This document shows positions 10,326 through 20,910 of a DNA stretch of 64,000 nucleotides, piece by piece. A program made the translations under genes and the position numbers. The DNA lies in NCBI GenBank assembly GCA_038215155.1, contig JBBQRF010000003.1:553-64552 (forward strand), given 5' to 3'. The notes under the pieces are model-generated. The model did not search any database, was not told the DNA's origin, and saw only the letters and a program-made list of their open reading frames with translations. This DNA comes from Minisyncoccia bacterium (GTDB lineage Bacteria > Patescibacteriota > Minisyncoccia > Phycocordibacterales > CAJBRS01). Numbering within the stretch: position 1 is the stretch's first letter; every line of letters begins with the position of its first letter.

Positions 10326-11006
10326 ATGGAGTTTTATGTAGTAGCCACTCCAATTGGCAATTTAGAAGATGTTACCCTTCGCGCCTTAAGAGTACTTGGT
10401 GAAGTTGATTTAATATTATGTGAGGATACACGCGTGACGGCGCGTCTTTTAACTAAGTATAAGATTACTACACCCACCCTCTCTTATCATTCTCAATCTA
10501 AGATATCTAAAATTGACAAAATTCTTCAGAAGATTGAAGCGGGGAAAACTTTAGCACTAGTTTCTGACGCCGGCACTCCGACTATTTCCGATCCAGGCAG
10601 TCTTTTGGTGTCTAAAATTAGAGAAAGTTTTCCAGAGATTAAAATAATTTCTATTCCCGGAGCGAGCGCCGCCGTAGCGGCGCTCGCCGTCTCCGGTTTT
10701 CCTTCTTCAGATTTTTTATTTCTAGGTTTCTTACCACACAAGAAGGGGAGAGAGACTTTATTTAAAGAAATAGCCCAATCGAAAAGGACGACTGTTTTCT
10801 ATGAATCACCCCATCGAATTTTGAAGGCCCTTCTTTCTTTAAATGAACATTTAGAGAAAGAACGCCAAATAGTCATTGCCCGAGAACTAACTAAAATTTA
10901 TGAGGAAGTTATTACCGCAACCGCGAGTAATGCCCTCTCCTACTTCGAAGAGAATGCCGATAAAATCAAGGGTGAATTCGTAGTCTTAGTTCGAGGGAAA
11001 AAGTGA
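10326..11006 (+). CDS. rsmI: 16S rRNA (cytidine1402-2'-O)-methyltransferase RsmI
   Basis: EFYVVATPIGNLEDVTLRALRVL...ILCEDTR...SDAGTPTISDPG, tetrapyrrole-methylase fold typical of RsmI. Confidence 0.85.
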   Translation: MEFYVVATPIGNLEDVTLRALRVLGEVDLILCEDTRVTARLLTKYKITTPTLSYHSQSKISKIDKILQKIEAGKTLALVSDAGTPTISDPGSLLVSKIRESFPEIKIISIPGASAAVAALAVSGFPSSDFLFLGFLPHKKGRETLFKEIAQSKRTTVFYESPHRILKALLSLNEHLEKERQIVIARELTKIYEEVITATASNALSYFEENADKIKGEFVVLVRGKK

Positions 11007-11021
11007 TATAATAATTGGGCA

Positions 11022-11252
11022 ATGAATAAATATATTTCCAATATTGTTCTCGCTATTATTATTGCCATTATTCCACTTCTCGGTTTTCCTCCCGCTTGGC
11101 GCTCCTTCTTCATCATTCTTTTAGCACTTATTGTTGCTCTGATTTCCTATTTTATTTATCGGGAAGAGCTAGGACGCCATCCTCGGAAACAACCTCCCTC
11201 GCACGGAAATACTTTTATCGAAAACACCGAGGACACTACAGAGAAAATATAG
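11022..11252 (+). CDS. Small two-TM membrane protein
   Basis: 76-aa hydrophobic ORF directly upstream of the ATPase. Confidence 0.4.
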   Translation: MNKYISNIVLAIIIAIIPLLGFPPAWRSFFIILLALIVALISYFIYREELGRHPRKQPPSHGNTFIENTEDTTEKI

Positions 11253-11266
11253 ATTAGACCTTTTTC

Positions 11267-13165
11267 ATGTTTGACGACAATAAAATTACTTATTTTGCCG
11301 AAACCGATGCTCGTAATAAACGGGTAAAATTCGGTATTAAACGAGAAGACCGCTCACGCCATATGTATATTATTGGCAAAACGGGCATGGGTAAATCTAC
11401 CATGCTCGAGAATATGGCCATTCAAGATATTCAGAATGGCGAGGGCCTGGCATTCCTCGATCCGCACGGCAAGACTGCCGAGCTACTTCTCGATTATGTG
11501 CCTGAAAATAGAATCAAGGATGTTTTGTATTTTGCTCCCTTTGATACTGATTTTCCAATTTCCTTTAATGTCATGGAAGATGTTGGACCAGACAAGCGTC
11601 ACCTTGTAGCTAATGGCCTAATGAGCTCATTCAAAAAGATCTGGGTTGATGCCTGGTCAGCTCGAATGGAATACATTCTCAACAATATACTTTTAGCGCT
11701 TCTTGAATACCCAGACTCAACTCTAGTGGGAGTCAATCGAATGTTGGCAGACAAGGAATACCGCAAGAAAGTAGTAGACAATATTACCGATCCTTCGGTG
11801 CGCTCCTTTTGGTTAGATGAATTTGCAAAATATGGTGAAAGGTATATGCAGGAAGCTGGTGCAGCTATTCAAAACAAGATTGGTCAATTCATCTCGAACC
11901 CTTTAATTAGAAATATTATCGGTCAATCGAAGTCTACCTTTGATCTACGAGAGATAATGGATAGTCGTAAGATTATAATCATTAACCTCTCCAAAGGGCG
12001 AATGGGAGAAGCTAACGCCAACCTATTGGGCTCCATGCTTATCACTAAGATTTATTTAGCTGCGATGAGTCGAGCCGATTTAAATGAGAAGCAATTGAAA
12101 CCGTTACCTCATTTCTATCTTTACGTCGATGAATTTCAAAATTTTGCCAATGAATCCTTTGCCGATATTCTATCTGAAGCTAGAAAGTATAAATTGGATT
12201 TAACTGTCGCTCATCAATACATAGAACAGATGTCAGAGGAAGTAAGAGCGGCAGTCTTCGGCAACGTCGGCAGCATGATTTGTTTTCGAGTTGGAGCCTA
12301 CGATGCAGAGGTCCTGGAGAAGGAATTCGCTCCTCAATTTACCGCCGAAGATTTAGTCAATTTAGGTTTTGTGCAAATTTACTTGAAACTAATGATTGAC
12401 GGAGTAAGTTCTTCGCCATTTTCCGCCACGACCATAGCACCGATCGAAAGACCGATTGTTTCTTTTAGAAAGGAGATCATTGAGCAATCCCGTCAAATCT
12501 TTACCAAACCCCGTAGAGAGGTGGAGGAGGCCATTAAAAAATGGCATGAAGATGGGACAAATATTATGGCGCGCACCACCGCTCCTAAGGCTGTATTTTC
12601 GAACGCCGTCCCAGCGCCGCGAAGCGGCGGGGCCGGCTCTTTTCAAGATCGCCGCTCAGCCAATTTACCTAATACTCCTACTCAAAAGGACCGTCCAGTT
12701 GAGTCGCGCCCATCCCCGAATACCGTTCGCCATGACTCCCCAAGAAGCGCAGTTCAGCCAGATAAGCCCAGAATTTCAAATGACCTATCACAATCTTCGC
12801 GACCTAGCCAAATTAATAATCGAGAAAGGCCTAGTCGAGATAGCAATGAAGAGAAAGAAACCAGAGAAAGAGAACTACGCAAAGCTATTTCTCTTGATTA
12901 TCTAAAAAAAGATGAATCAAACATTGATAAAAAAACTCCGACCAAGGAAAATATTTCTCAATTGAGAGAAGCATTACTAGGTGTTCTAGGAGATGCCTTA
13001 GGGGACTCTTCTCAACAAAAAATTGTAGAAAAAACTCTACCTCCGAACCCCACATCTACACCAGAAAAGAAGCCGATTCCTATTATTGAAAAACCACTTT
13101 CTCAGCCGAACGGAAGAGAAGTGCCTGAAGAAGTATTGCGGCGAATTTTAGAGATTGGTAAATAA
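11267..13165 (+). CDS. P-loop ATPase of the TraD/VirD4/HerA (DUF87-like) superfamily with a long disordered C-terminal tail
   Basis: Walker A IIGKTGMGKST, Walker B YLYVDEFQNF, and LTVAHQY. The last roughly 200 aa are P/S/R/E/K-rich low complexity. Confidence 0.55.
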   Translation: MFDDNKITYFAETDARNKRVKFGIKREDRSRHMYIIGKTGMGKSTMLENMAIQDIQNGEGLAFLDPHGKTAELLLDYVPENRIKDVLYFAPFDTDFPISFNVMEDVGPDKRHLVANGLMSSFKKIWVDAWSARMEYILNNILLALLEYPDSTLVGVNRMLADKEYRKKVVDNITDPSVRSFWLDEFAKYGERYMQEAGAAIQNKIGQFISNPLIRNIIGQSKSTFDLREIMDSRKIIIINLSKGRMGEANANLLGSMLITKIYLAAMSRADLNEKQLKPLPHFYLYVDEFQNFANESFADILSEARKYKLDLTVAHQYIEQMSEEVRAAVFGNVGSMICFRVGAYDAEVLEKEFAPQFTAEDLVNLGFVQIYLKLMIDGVSSSPFSATTIAPIERPIVSFRKEIIEQSRQIFTKPRREVEEAIKKWHEDGTNIMARTTAPKAVFSNAVPAPRSGGAGSFQDRRSANLPNTPTQKDRPVESRPSPNTVRHDSPRSAVQPDKPRISNDLSQSSRPSQINNRERPSRDSNEEKETRERELRKAISLDYLKKDESNIDKKTPTKENISQLREALLGVLGDALGDSSQQKIVEKTLPPNPTSTPEKKPIPIIEKPLSQPNGREVPEEVLRRILEIGK

Positions 13166-13193
13166 AATACTTAGACAGCTTGTGTCTAAGTAA

Positions 13194-14132
13194 TCAACGC
13201 GCCTTCAGAATTTCCGAAACGGGTTGAATGTCCGGGACGGTTCTCCAGTCCCACTTAGGACTGAATTCTCCACGGTTAACAGAGATCACTAAATTGCGCG
13301 GCCTTTGATTAGGAGGAGTCTCTAAAGGAGCCCACGGGCCTAGCCTTTGTCGAACTTCTCTTTCCTTAGTATCTCTTCTTGCGGACCATTGAGCATATTC
13401 TCCATTTGGTCTTCTGGCGGAATAAGTATCCAGGTTGTCAAAGTAAATATTTTTTGCTGAAACACCATGTGCGATGAATTGTTCAGCCGCTAGCATATGT
13501 AGCCAAATTTTCCCTTTAGTCTTATCTCCCACGATAGCTCGTGGCCATTTGTTAAAGATCTCTTCAATCATCTCTCGGTTGTGATCACCAAACCGAGGGT
13601 GATCAAACGGATGATCAAAATTTTCCGGCTGAATGCCGAAGCAAACCATTACTCGAAGATCCTTCTTTTTGGAATCGGAAAACTTCTTCATAATAGCTTC
13701 CACGAGATTTTTTCGCAGGGCTTCCCGAGGTCCGTGAGAGGCAACAACTTTTTGGCTGGCCATGTCCACCACGTTTATCAGAACACAATCAGCAGGGAAC
13801 ATAAAGAAGGCGGATAAGGGGGGCAGAATTACTCCATCAGCGTAAGCTTTGTCCATGCCGCGCCGACACGCAACCTTACTTTCCGGGATGGTAATGAGTT
13901 GGTCAAACTCATCACTGTCCGGCTCCATGATCACCCCGTTCTCCTTAATAGGGTCTGGAGCGATAATAAGATTGCTTCCCGCTTTCTCTACCATTTCGAA
14001 TATCCATTTAAGAATAGAGTGTTGGAGAAGATCGCCGTCGGGATAAGGATCCCTGATTGGGCCAAGACGACTATTAAGGAAAGTCCCACGAATGGTGTTA
14101 GTCATACCACCAAAAACATCTATGATTTTCAT
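13194..14132 (-). CDS. YfiH/PgeF (DUF152, laccase-domain) family protein with a C-terminal extension
   Basis: FPADCVLINVVD...ASHGPREAL resembles the ADC...H.GWRG core of DUF152. 312 aa. Confidence 0.4.
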   Translation of the reverse strand: MKIIDVFGGMTNTIRGTFLNSRLGPIRDPYPDGDLLQHSILKWIFEMVEKAGSNLIIAPDPIKENGVIMEPDSDEFDQLITIPESKVACRRGMDKAYADGVILPPLSAFFMFPADCVLINVVDMASQKVVASHGPREALRKNLVEAIMKKFSDSKKKDLRVMVCFGIQPENFDHPFDHPRFGDHNREMIEEIFNKWPRAIVGDKTKGKIWLHMLAAEQFIAHGVSAKNIYFDNLDTYSARRPNGEYAQWSARRDTKEREVRQRLGPWAPLETPPNQRPRNLVISVNRGEFSPKWDWRTVPDIQPVSEILKAR

Positions 14133-14170
14133 CTAATATTGAGAGTAGGAGAAAGGAGCCTGGTTGTCAA

Positions 14171-14950
14171 TCACAGTCCTATAACACGAGCGCCTATCCT
14201 CAGTACTCCTTTTAAATAAGCTTCTAAAAAATGAGGGTAATCTTTTCGATACCTTCTGATTATTTTAAGATTTGTAAAAGCTCCTTTAACTTTACGAGCA
14301 TTAGAGATGCCTCCTTTATGGATACGATAGGCAGTAGAAAAAGATGGGAGGTTAGCTAACTTTCCTATTTTGCCCAGGCGAAGCCAGAGATCATAATCTT
14401 CCCAGATGAAGAGGGAAGAATCGTAAGAGCCGGCGCGGAGCGCCGGCTCTTTTCTAAACATCACACTCGAATGGCAAAACTCATTTAGCAATAAGAGCTT
14501 ATTTCGAATGGCGTCGTCTGTTTCAGCCATCGAGGCGGACGCAAAAGTCTTTCCATTCTCATCAATCTTCTCGAAATTAGTGCCCACTAAAATTAATTCT
14601 TCTTTTTTTTCTAACATTTCCACTTGCTTACTCAATTTATTTTCATCCAACCAAACATCATCACTATCTAAGACTGCAATATATTTTCCTCGAGAGAGGG
14701 AGAGGGCATAGTTTCTATTACCCGTCAGACCAAGATTTCTTTCCAATTTAATAAATTTAATTTTAGGATTACCTAAATATTTTGATACTATCTGGTCAGT
14801 ATTATCTCGTGATCCGCCATCAACGATTATTAATTCCCAATCAAGAAAATTTTGATTTAAAATACTTTCAATAGCCGCTCCAATGTATTTGGCACGGTTT
14901 AAAGTAACCATATTAATGCTAGCTAAGGGAGAATCTATATTTTCAGCCAT
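14171..14950 (-). CDS. Family 2 glycosyltransferase
   Basis: ELIIVDGGSRDNT and VLDSDDVW motifs (DXD). Confidence 0.8.
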   Translation of the reverse strand: MAENIDSPLASINMVTLNRAKYIGAAIESILNQNFLDWELIIVDGGSRDNTDQIVSKYLGNPKIKFIKLERNLGLTGNRNYALSLSRGKYIAVLDSDDVWLDENKLSKQVEMLEKKEELILVGTNFEKIDENGKTFASASMAETDDAIRNKLLLLNEFCHSSVMFRKEPALRAGSYDSSLFIWEDYDLWLRLGKIGKLANLPSFSTAYRIHKGGISNARKVKGAFTNLKIIRRYRKDYPHFLEAYLKGVLRIGARVIGL

Positions 14951-15810
14951 GATTCGGGGATCTCGTTATAGTAATCATTGCCAGTCTTAGCTAGCCATTT
15001 ACGGGGAGCAATGACAATCTTATTCAGATTTTGATTAAGCCACGCTCCCCACCAACTAAAGCTTGAATTAGCAATAATATTGTGATCACAGAGGCTCATT
15101 AAATGGACTTCTTCATAGAAGGGAATAGAGGGATTAGTAACAAAGTAGTGCGCGTCTTGTAGTGGAATATTCCGCTTGACCCATTCAATGTCGTCTGAAA
15201 ATAAAAAAATCTTCATCTCTCCAACTTTATTACGAAGAATTTCGATTGCTCCTCCATAATATTCCGTAGTTATTAATCCATGATATTTCTTAGCCTTTAG
15301 ATTAGTGACATAGTCGCCACGACGGACGTGAAGAGAGACTGAAGCTTTACCTTCGGCCGTCGCCTTTTCTATTTCGGCGGCGGCGGCCATTCCAACGGAG
15401 GAGAGGGATGTTTTTAAAGCAAGCTCCCTTAAGATAATCTCTCGAATCGATTGAAAATATTTTTCGCTGTGCCAGAATCCATCTAAATAAATATCACCCT
15501 TTTTATTTAGGAGTCTAGGATCGTAGCCAACGTGCTGCTCTCTAAAGATTTTAGTGTTAATTGCCTGATACAGCCTAGACAAAAACCCCCACCTGTCTCG
15601 GGCTTTTATGATTTCTTCACTATTAGCAAAATCTTCTAATATATTAAAATGATGAAGCTCATACTCTCGTTTGGTATCTATCTGCGACTGGCGCTCAAAA
15701 CCACTAATATCCAATTTTAGAGGACTCTTCAAATCTTCAACCAACCGCCTCCCTAAGGCATATTGAAACATTTGATTGCCCATTCCTCTTTTTAATTTAA
15801 CGATAATCAT
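14935..15810 (-). CDS. GT11 alpha-1,2-fucosyltransferase
   Basis: N-terminal GMGNQMFQYA and the HVRRGDY motif. Confidence 0.8.
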   Translation of the reverse strand: MIIVKLKRGMGNQMFQYALGRRLVEDLKSPLKLDISGFERQSQIDTKREYELHHFNILEDFANSEEIIKARDRWGFLSRLYQAINTKIFREQHVGYDPRLLNKKGDIYLDGFWHSEKYFQSIREIILRELALKTSLSSVGMAAAAEIEKATAEGKASVSLHVRRGDYVTNLKAKKYHGLITTEYYGGAIEILRNKVGEMKIFLFSDDIEWVKRNIPLQDAHYFVTNPSIPFYEEVHLMSLCDHNIIANSSFSWWGAWLNQNLNKIVIAPRKWLAKTGNDYYNEIPESWLKI

Positions 15811-15877
15811 TTTTGTTTAAAATGGGGCTATTTGTCTATTATATACTAAGCCGGTAATCTAGGTCTCAAATAACAGA

Positions 15878-16810
15878 TTAAATCTTTAGCCAATTCTCCG
15901 GAATGACATCGTCCGTATTAATTTTTGATGAGGCAAACCATCTCTTGGGGGCAATGACAATTTTGTTTTTATTTTGGGAAAGCCAGGCCGCCCACCATCC
16001 GAAGGTGCTATTAGGGATTATGAAATGTTTGCAATGAGTCATTAGCTGAAGATAATTACCAAATTTTAATCCCGCATGTACATGTTCAACAAAATGTATT
16101 GGAGAAGTAGATTTAAGATTCTCCTTACACCATCCCAGATCATCTGAAAAGACGAAATAATAAGGCCGGTTGACCTGCCTCTCTAATAAATTCATAGCTT
16201 TATTAAAGTACTCTACTTCTAAGAGCCCGTGGAATCTTTTGGTATCTGGATTATTGACAAAATCGGCACGGCGTACATTCAGACAAACGGATTGAGAATT
16301 TTGGATATACGACGCTAATTCTCGAGATTCTGGGAGAAGGGGAGCTCTAAAAGTAAAATCCTCGCGGATATTTTTTTCATATTCTTTAAAATATTTCTCG
16401 CTTACCCACTGGCCCTCTAAATATGAGCTAGAATTTATCTCTAAAGATTTAGGGTTAAATAAATCAAAACCAAATCGATAAAAATAAGGAGGTTCTAAAA
16501 ACCCTCTAATTTTTTTAAAAATAGGCTGATTCAAACGGTTCTCTGCTTTAAAGAATAGGTCAGTAATTGACCGCATTGGATACTGACTCAATTGGGAGAT
16601 TTCCTTTGGGGTAGCGATTTCCGCCCTAATATTAAATATATCTAGATCGAAATTTCTTAAGGTGAATGAAATCAAAGGACGAGGTTTTTCTCGGATAAAA
16701 AAAGAAGTATCTAATTTAAGCGGTACTTTATTTTTTATAGATAATACTCTTCCAAAAGCATATTGAAACATTTGATTCCCCAGACCCCCAGTTAATTTAA
16801 CTACAATCAT
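15878..16810 (-). CDS. GT11 alpha-1,2-fucosyltransferase (tandem paralog)
   Basis: GGLGNQMFQYA and NVRRADF motifs. Confidence 0.8.
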   Translation of the reverse strand: MIVVKLTGGLGNQMFQYAFGRVLSIKNKVPLKLDTSFFIREKPRPLISFTLRNFDLDIFNIRAEIATPKEISQLSQYPMRSITDLFFKAENRLNQPIFKKIRGFLEPPYFYRFGFDLFNPKSLEINSSSYLEGQWVSEKYFKEYEKNIREDFTFRAPLLPESRELASYIQNSQSVCLNVRRADFVNNPDTKRFHGLLEVEYFNKAMNLLERQVNRPYYFVFSDDLGWCKENLKSTSPIHFVEHVHAGLKFGNYLQLMTHCKHFIIPNSTFGWWAAWLSQNKNKIVIAPKRWFASSKINTDDVIPENWLKI

Positions 16811-16816
16811 TTATGT

Positions 16817-17467
16817 TTAAAAAATAGAAATTATATCGTCACGAACCTCTATTCTTAGATTTGAATTATTTAATTTTACAAAATTTTTCACATCTTCAAT
16901 TGTGGGATATCCATCCCGGCCGTTAAACAATCGAGCATCATCAATTAAAATGTTGCTACCGGAATGCCAATTACTAAAGATAATTTTTAGTTCTTGAATG
17001 ATGGGGGTGTTACCCCACTCAACACTTTTTCCAGTAATGCCTGCAGAATAGTGGGCATCCAGCCAGAATATGGCTGGACGAGATATTTTACTGGTCACTG
17101 TAGTCAAGACCCTACTACTATCGCCAGTAAGTATATAAATATTTGGAGATTTCTGAAAAAATATTCTTGCCTCTTCTGCTAAAGTCTCCTCAATCTCTAT
17201 GGAGTAGAGCTCTTCAAAATGATCTTTCAAAGAGCTAACCATTTCTCCTAGATAAGTACCCGTCTCTACAAAAATTTTATTACCAAAAATATTTTTAAAG
17301 GCTAAAATTTTCCCCATTTTTACCATATGGGAAGCACCTCGAATGATTACCTCTTCTTCTGAAAGAGAATGAGTAGATTGATAAAAATGTCTGACTTTTA
17401 ATATAAGTGAGTTTTTTAACAGGGCTCTCTGGAATTTATTAGTCATAGGGTCTATTTGGTAAACCAA
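16817..17467 (-). CDS. Class I SAM-dependent methyltransferase (Methyltransf_24/CmcI-like O-MT)
   Basis: VETGTYLGEMV glycine-rich SAM-binding motif. Confidence 0.45.
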   Translation of the reverse strand: MVYQIDPMTNKFQRALLKNSLILKVRHFYQSTHSLSEEEVIIRGASHMVKMGKILAFKNIFGNKIFVETGTYLGEMVSSLKDHFEELYSIEIEETLAEEARIFFQKSPNIYILTGDSSRVLTTVTSKISRPAIFWLDAHYSAGITGKSVEWGNTPIIQELKIIFSNWHSGSNILIDDARLFNGRDGYPTIEDVKNFVKLNNSNLRIEVRDDIISIF

Positions 17468-18195
17468 AAGAGACCACAGGCATAAGATTCTTGATCTGCT
17501 TGTTCCTTTTTTGCGTGAACAATTATCCCTCCTCGCCTTTCTGGTATTAGTGAAAACTCCTTAAGGTTTAAGTCTTTAAAATAAGAAATGATTTGATCAT
17601 AACTATAAATACGATGCGCGTTGAATTCAATTCTTGCTTTTCCCATAGGCACTACAAAGAGCAACGATCCCCCAGGAGCGACGACTCGTTTCAATTCCGC
17701 TATTGCCTTTAGATCTCCATCTGGGTCAATGGCATCACCATATCTTCCAAGGCCCACATGCTCCACTGTATGCATGCATGATAGGGAGGGGACACTATTA
17801 TCCGCAAAGGGTAAGGCAAGAAGATCCCCTTTTTTGCTTAATAGATTACTTAGTTCTATATCAGCGGGTCGGAAGTCATAGAAGTCCACTGGTATGAATG
17901 CTGATAATCCCGCGGCGAAATATAATGAAGAAGAAATGTCCACATGTTTTTGGGGAGATATTTCCCGGACCTTTCTCATGGCCCAAGCGACATGATAGAC
18001 ATAGTGGCGATCAAAACCTGTGTCAATTGTATTTTCACCCGGAATAGGATAAAAATCTCTAAACAATAAAGAGAATCGGTCTTCTTTAATCTTATTTTTG
18101 AATTTATAATAATCTGCCAAGACTAAAGGTATTGCCGGCCACTTCATTATTCGAAGTACTTTCTTTAGGAATTCACTCATTTTAGAATTATTCAT
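17452..18195 (-). CDS. SAM-dependent methyltransferase (DUF268-like)
   Basis: HVDISSSLYFAAGL...VEHVGLGRYGD...LKRVVAPGGSLLFVVPMG. Confidence 0.5.
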   Translation of the reverse strand: MNNSKMSEFLKKVLRIMKWPAIPLVLADYYKFKNKIKEDRFSLLFRDFYPIPGENTIDTGFDRHYVYHVAWAMRKVREISPQKHVDISSSLYFAAGLSAFIPVDFYDFRPADIELSNLLSKKGDLLALPFADNSVPSLSCMHTVEHVGLGRYGDAIDPDGDLKAIAELKRVVAPGGSLLFVVPMGKARIEFNAHRIYSYDQIISYFKDLNLKEFSLIPERRGGIIVHAKKEQADQESYACGLFWFTK

Positions 18196-18206
18196 TGGTA
18201 ATTGAA

Positions 18207-19115
18207 TTATACTGCATTTATAATATCTATTAATTGGAGAGCGGACTGATGGTCAGTGAAACGTGCTAAGGCGTATTCACGCGGAGTGAAATTTTTTAAC
18301 TCATTCATAAAACTTATTAGTTTATTTTCAAAATCGTCTTCATTTCTAAAAAACATTCCTGCTTCGTCCGTTAAATAAGGCGCACTGATTTTAGAATCTG
18401 ACCATGAATAGCTTCCATACTGCCAAAAGCCTCGATTCCATACAAGAGTAGGAACATTCCGTATCCACGCTTCTTGTAACGCTAACCCCTGACTTTCGCT
18501 CTCAGAAAGGTATATAAGAAGACGGCTTTTTTCTAGCAAGCGGAAATAATCTTCCTGTCTAAATTTATTATATCTCAATACCCTATAGGACAATGAGTTT
18601 TTTTTCAAGGTCTTTTCAATATGAGAAAGGAGAGAGGAGGGAGCGTTTTTCTGATAAATCAGTATGTCTTGATTAATATCAATGCTTGCGACGTGAGAAG
18701 GTGTCAATACTCCCGCTGACCAAATCTTTATCTTAGGGGCTAGCTCAGGTACGAGGGAAATAAAAAAATTTTTAGGCCATTCAGAAGGAAACACAATACA
18801 ATCAATTTCTGGAGATAAATAAAGTCCCTGCTCTTCAAAGGGCGTAACCGTAATATTAGGTCCCGCGATTAATTTACTTATAATTCCCTCCCTCTTTAAA
18901 TTGATAGCTTCTTTTAAGGCTTCAGCCCCTCTAAGAACATGAACGGTCTTGGTTAAAGCCTTCTTTGAAGGATTTAACCTATACGGGATTTCCAATTCTT
19001 TCAGACCTCTCTTTAAACTCCTTACCACACTCTCGGGCCCTCTGTTTGACCCCATCATTTCATTCAGAAATTCTCTTGAGAGCTTGTTCCATGGCCTAGA
19101 AATAAATGTAATCAT
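18207..19115 (-). CDS. Putative GT-B (GT4-like) glycosyltransferase
   Basis: C-terminal LLIYLSESESQGLALQEAWIRNVPTLV resembles the E-x7-E / GLxxLEAma motif. Confidence 0.4.
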   Translation of the reverse strand: MITFISRPWNKLSREFLNEMMGSNRGPESVVRSLKRGLKELEIPYRLNPSKKALTKTVHVLRGAEALKEAINLKREGIISKLIAGPNITVTPFEEQGLYLSPEIDCIVFPSEWPKNFFISLVPELAPKIKIWSAGVLTPSHVASIDINQDILIYQKNAPSSLLSHIEKTLKKNSLSYRVLRYNKFRQEDYFRLLEKSRLLIYLSESESQGLALQEAWIRNVPTLVWNRGFWQYGSYSWSDSKISAPYLTDEAGMFFRNEDDFENKLISFMNELKNFTPREYALARFTDHQSALQLIDIINAV

Positions 19116-19127
19116 CGTTGCTCTACA

Positions 19128-20864
19128 TTATTCTATTATTTTGTTTGTGTATGTCGACTTATTCCAAGCAGGATTTCCTTGGTCCAAGAAATCTATTTTA
19201 GAATAGTCAAAATCCTTAATTCGATAATTAACCCAATTAGCAAAGTAGGGTCTTTCTTGGCAAACCAAACCGGCAATAGCGTCAATGCCAACGCCAGCGT
19301 CGATGAATATTGCGTTCTTCTGTATTTTTAAAAGAGGCATAAGCGCAATTTTACTACTTCCACTTCCTACTAAGAAGATTCGGGCAGAACTGTTTTTGAG
19401 TTTCTTGACGAGATCTTTTGCCAGATTTTCTACATTATCAACGGCTCCTATTTGGGGGACTTCTAAATAGTCAGTAAAATTCTCTGTCCCTAAGTAGTTT
19501 TGATATTCTTGTCTTTTCATCAATTCCTTAATAACTGATAGCTTTTCTCCACTACCAATAAGACCAATTTGATTTTTAAAATTTTTAAATAACCACTTAG
19601 TGCTAATCAAGGAGTAGATAACTTCTATAGCATGAGTTCGTCCATCTATTAAGTCAAAGGCCTTTTGGCGATAGAAATTACCGCGTTTAATAGAAAATAG
19701 CGCCACTGTTAGTCTAGGGATAAAAGGGAAGAAAGTTAAAATTTTAAGTGCCTTATCAACAGCGTACCTTACATATTTAGAAGTAAAAAAACCTAATGGT
19801 CTTCCAATAATTCTCCTACTAATTTTTTCAAAAGGCTCCACCAATATGAAATTTCTCCAAGAAGAGATAACGCCCTTACCCAAATTAAAGGCAATTATAT
19901 CGTTATGCCAAAACATTGACCTAAAAAGAGACCAGTTAATGTTTTTGTAATCGACAGTCAAAGCTCTCCTTCCAGGGGCAGCGCTACCGATAGGGATCTC
20001 TCTTAGGAAATAATAATCTCCATCGCTAGCTCTTAAAATAGATAGACTTGCTTTATTCGCTATAGCGGTTTTGATTTTTTCGGTTAAGGAAATAAATGAG
20101 GCCTGAAGAAACGTTGGGCCATAATTTCGTTGAGGGTTAGTTAGGTGTATTCTATGACCCGAATCATCCGTATGTATTTTTTGCAAAAAATATCTACTTC
20201 GGATGGGCAAAAAATTGATTTTTTTAAAGATCATTATATTTTTTGGCCACCAGTTATTACCTACTCCCTCTAGATTTAATCTTAAATACTGACGAATTTC
20301 CTCGGTAGCTTCAGGCCAATATCTGAGCATCTTTTTCTCCATCTTATTTATCACATATTTTCTCGGCCGAGGATTAAGATGTTGATCATTGGTGTCTGAA
20401 ATATCATTTGACCAAGTTAATACAAGAATGTCTCTAGTGGCTTCGGCTAAATTGTCTAAAAATATTGCCTCCTCCTCGGGTGGAATATGTTCTCCTACCT
20501 CAGAACAATTGACGATATCGTATTGTCGAGAAAAAGAATATTTTTCACCTATGTCTCCTAAATGAATCTTGTCTTTTATCGATGGGTCGGCGTAATCTCG
20601 CGCCCACTGAAAATACTCTAATCCAAAGAGGTCGATATCTGAATATTTCGTATCCAAAGCTTCCAAGAGGCGGCCGTTACTACATCCTATATCTGCAAAA
20701 CCATCAACAATACTAAAATCAAAAACTCGTTCCAGGGCTTGAAGATAAATATTATACGGAGCTATATCCCTCATATATTCCGTCTCTTTATAAGAGTCTT
20801 GAATAGGCTTTTGCATTAACTTCCTAAGATGATATGAATCATATTTATGAACATAAAATAACAT
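19128..20864 (-). CDS. Multidomain protein: N-terminal class I SAM methyltransferase + C-terminal domain of unknown function
   Basis: ADIGCSNGRLLEAL...DIVNCSEVGEHIPPEE is Methyltransf_11/12-like. 578 aa. Confidence 0.5.
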   Translation of the reverse strand: MLFYVHKYDSYHLRKLMQKPIQDSYKETEYMRDIAPYNIYLQALERVFDFSIVDGFADIGCSNGRLLEALDTKYSDIDLFGLEYFQWARDYADPSIKDKIHLGDIGEKYSFSRQYDIVNCSEVGEHIPPEEEAIFLDNLAEATRDILVLTWSNDISDTNDQHLNPRPRKYVINKMEKKMLRYWPEATEEIRQYLRLNLEGVGNNWWPKNIMIFKKINFLPIRSRYFLQKIHTDDSGHRIHLTNPQRNYGPTFLQASFISLTEKIKTAIANKASLSILRASDGDYYFLREIPIGSAAPGRRALTVDYKNINWSLFRSMFWHNDIIAFNLGKGVISSWRNFILVEPFEKISRRIIGRPLGFFTSKYVRYAVDKALKILTFFPFIPRLTVALFSIKRGNFYRQKAFDLIDGRTHAIEVIYSLISTKWLFKNFKNQIGLIGSGEKLSVIKELMKRQEYQNYLGTENFTDYLEVPQIGAVDNVENLAKDLVKKLKNSSARIFLVGSGSSKIALMPLLKIQKNAIFIDAGVGIDAIAGLVCQERPYFANWVNYRIKDFDYSKIDFLDQGNPAWNKSTYTNKIIE

Positions 20865-20910
20865 TTTATGTTAAAATATGCGAATTCCTTAAAGGGTAAT
20901 ATTAAGCATT

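Noticed and set aside
12389-12905. ORFs 12389-12646 (-) and 12456-12905 (+) inside the ATPase C-terminal tail
   Set aside because: They are alternative-frame products of a GC-rich low-complexity region of the 11267-13165 gene, with no independent start or terminator signals.
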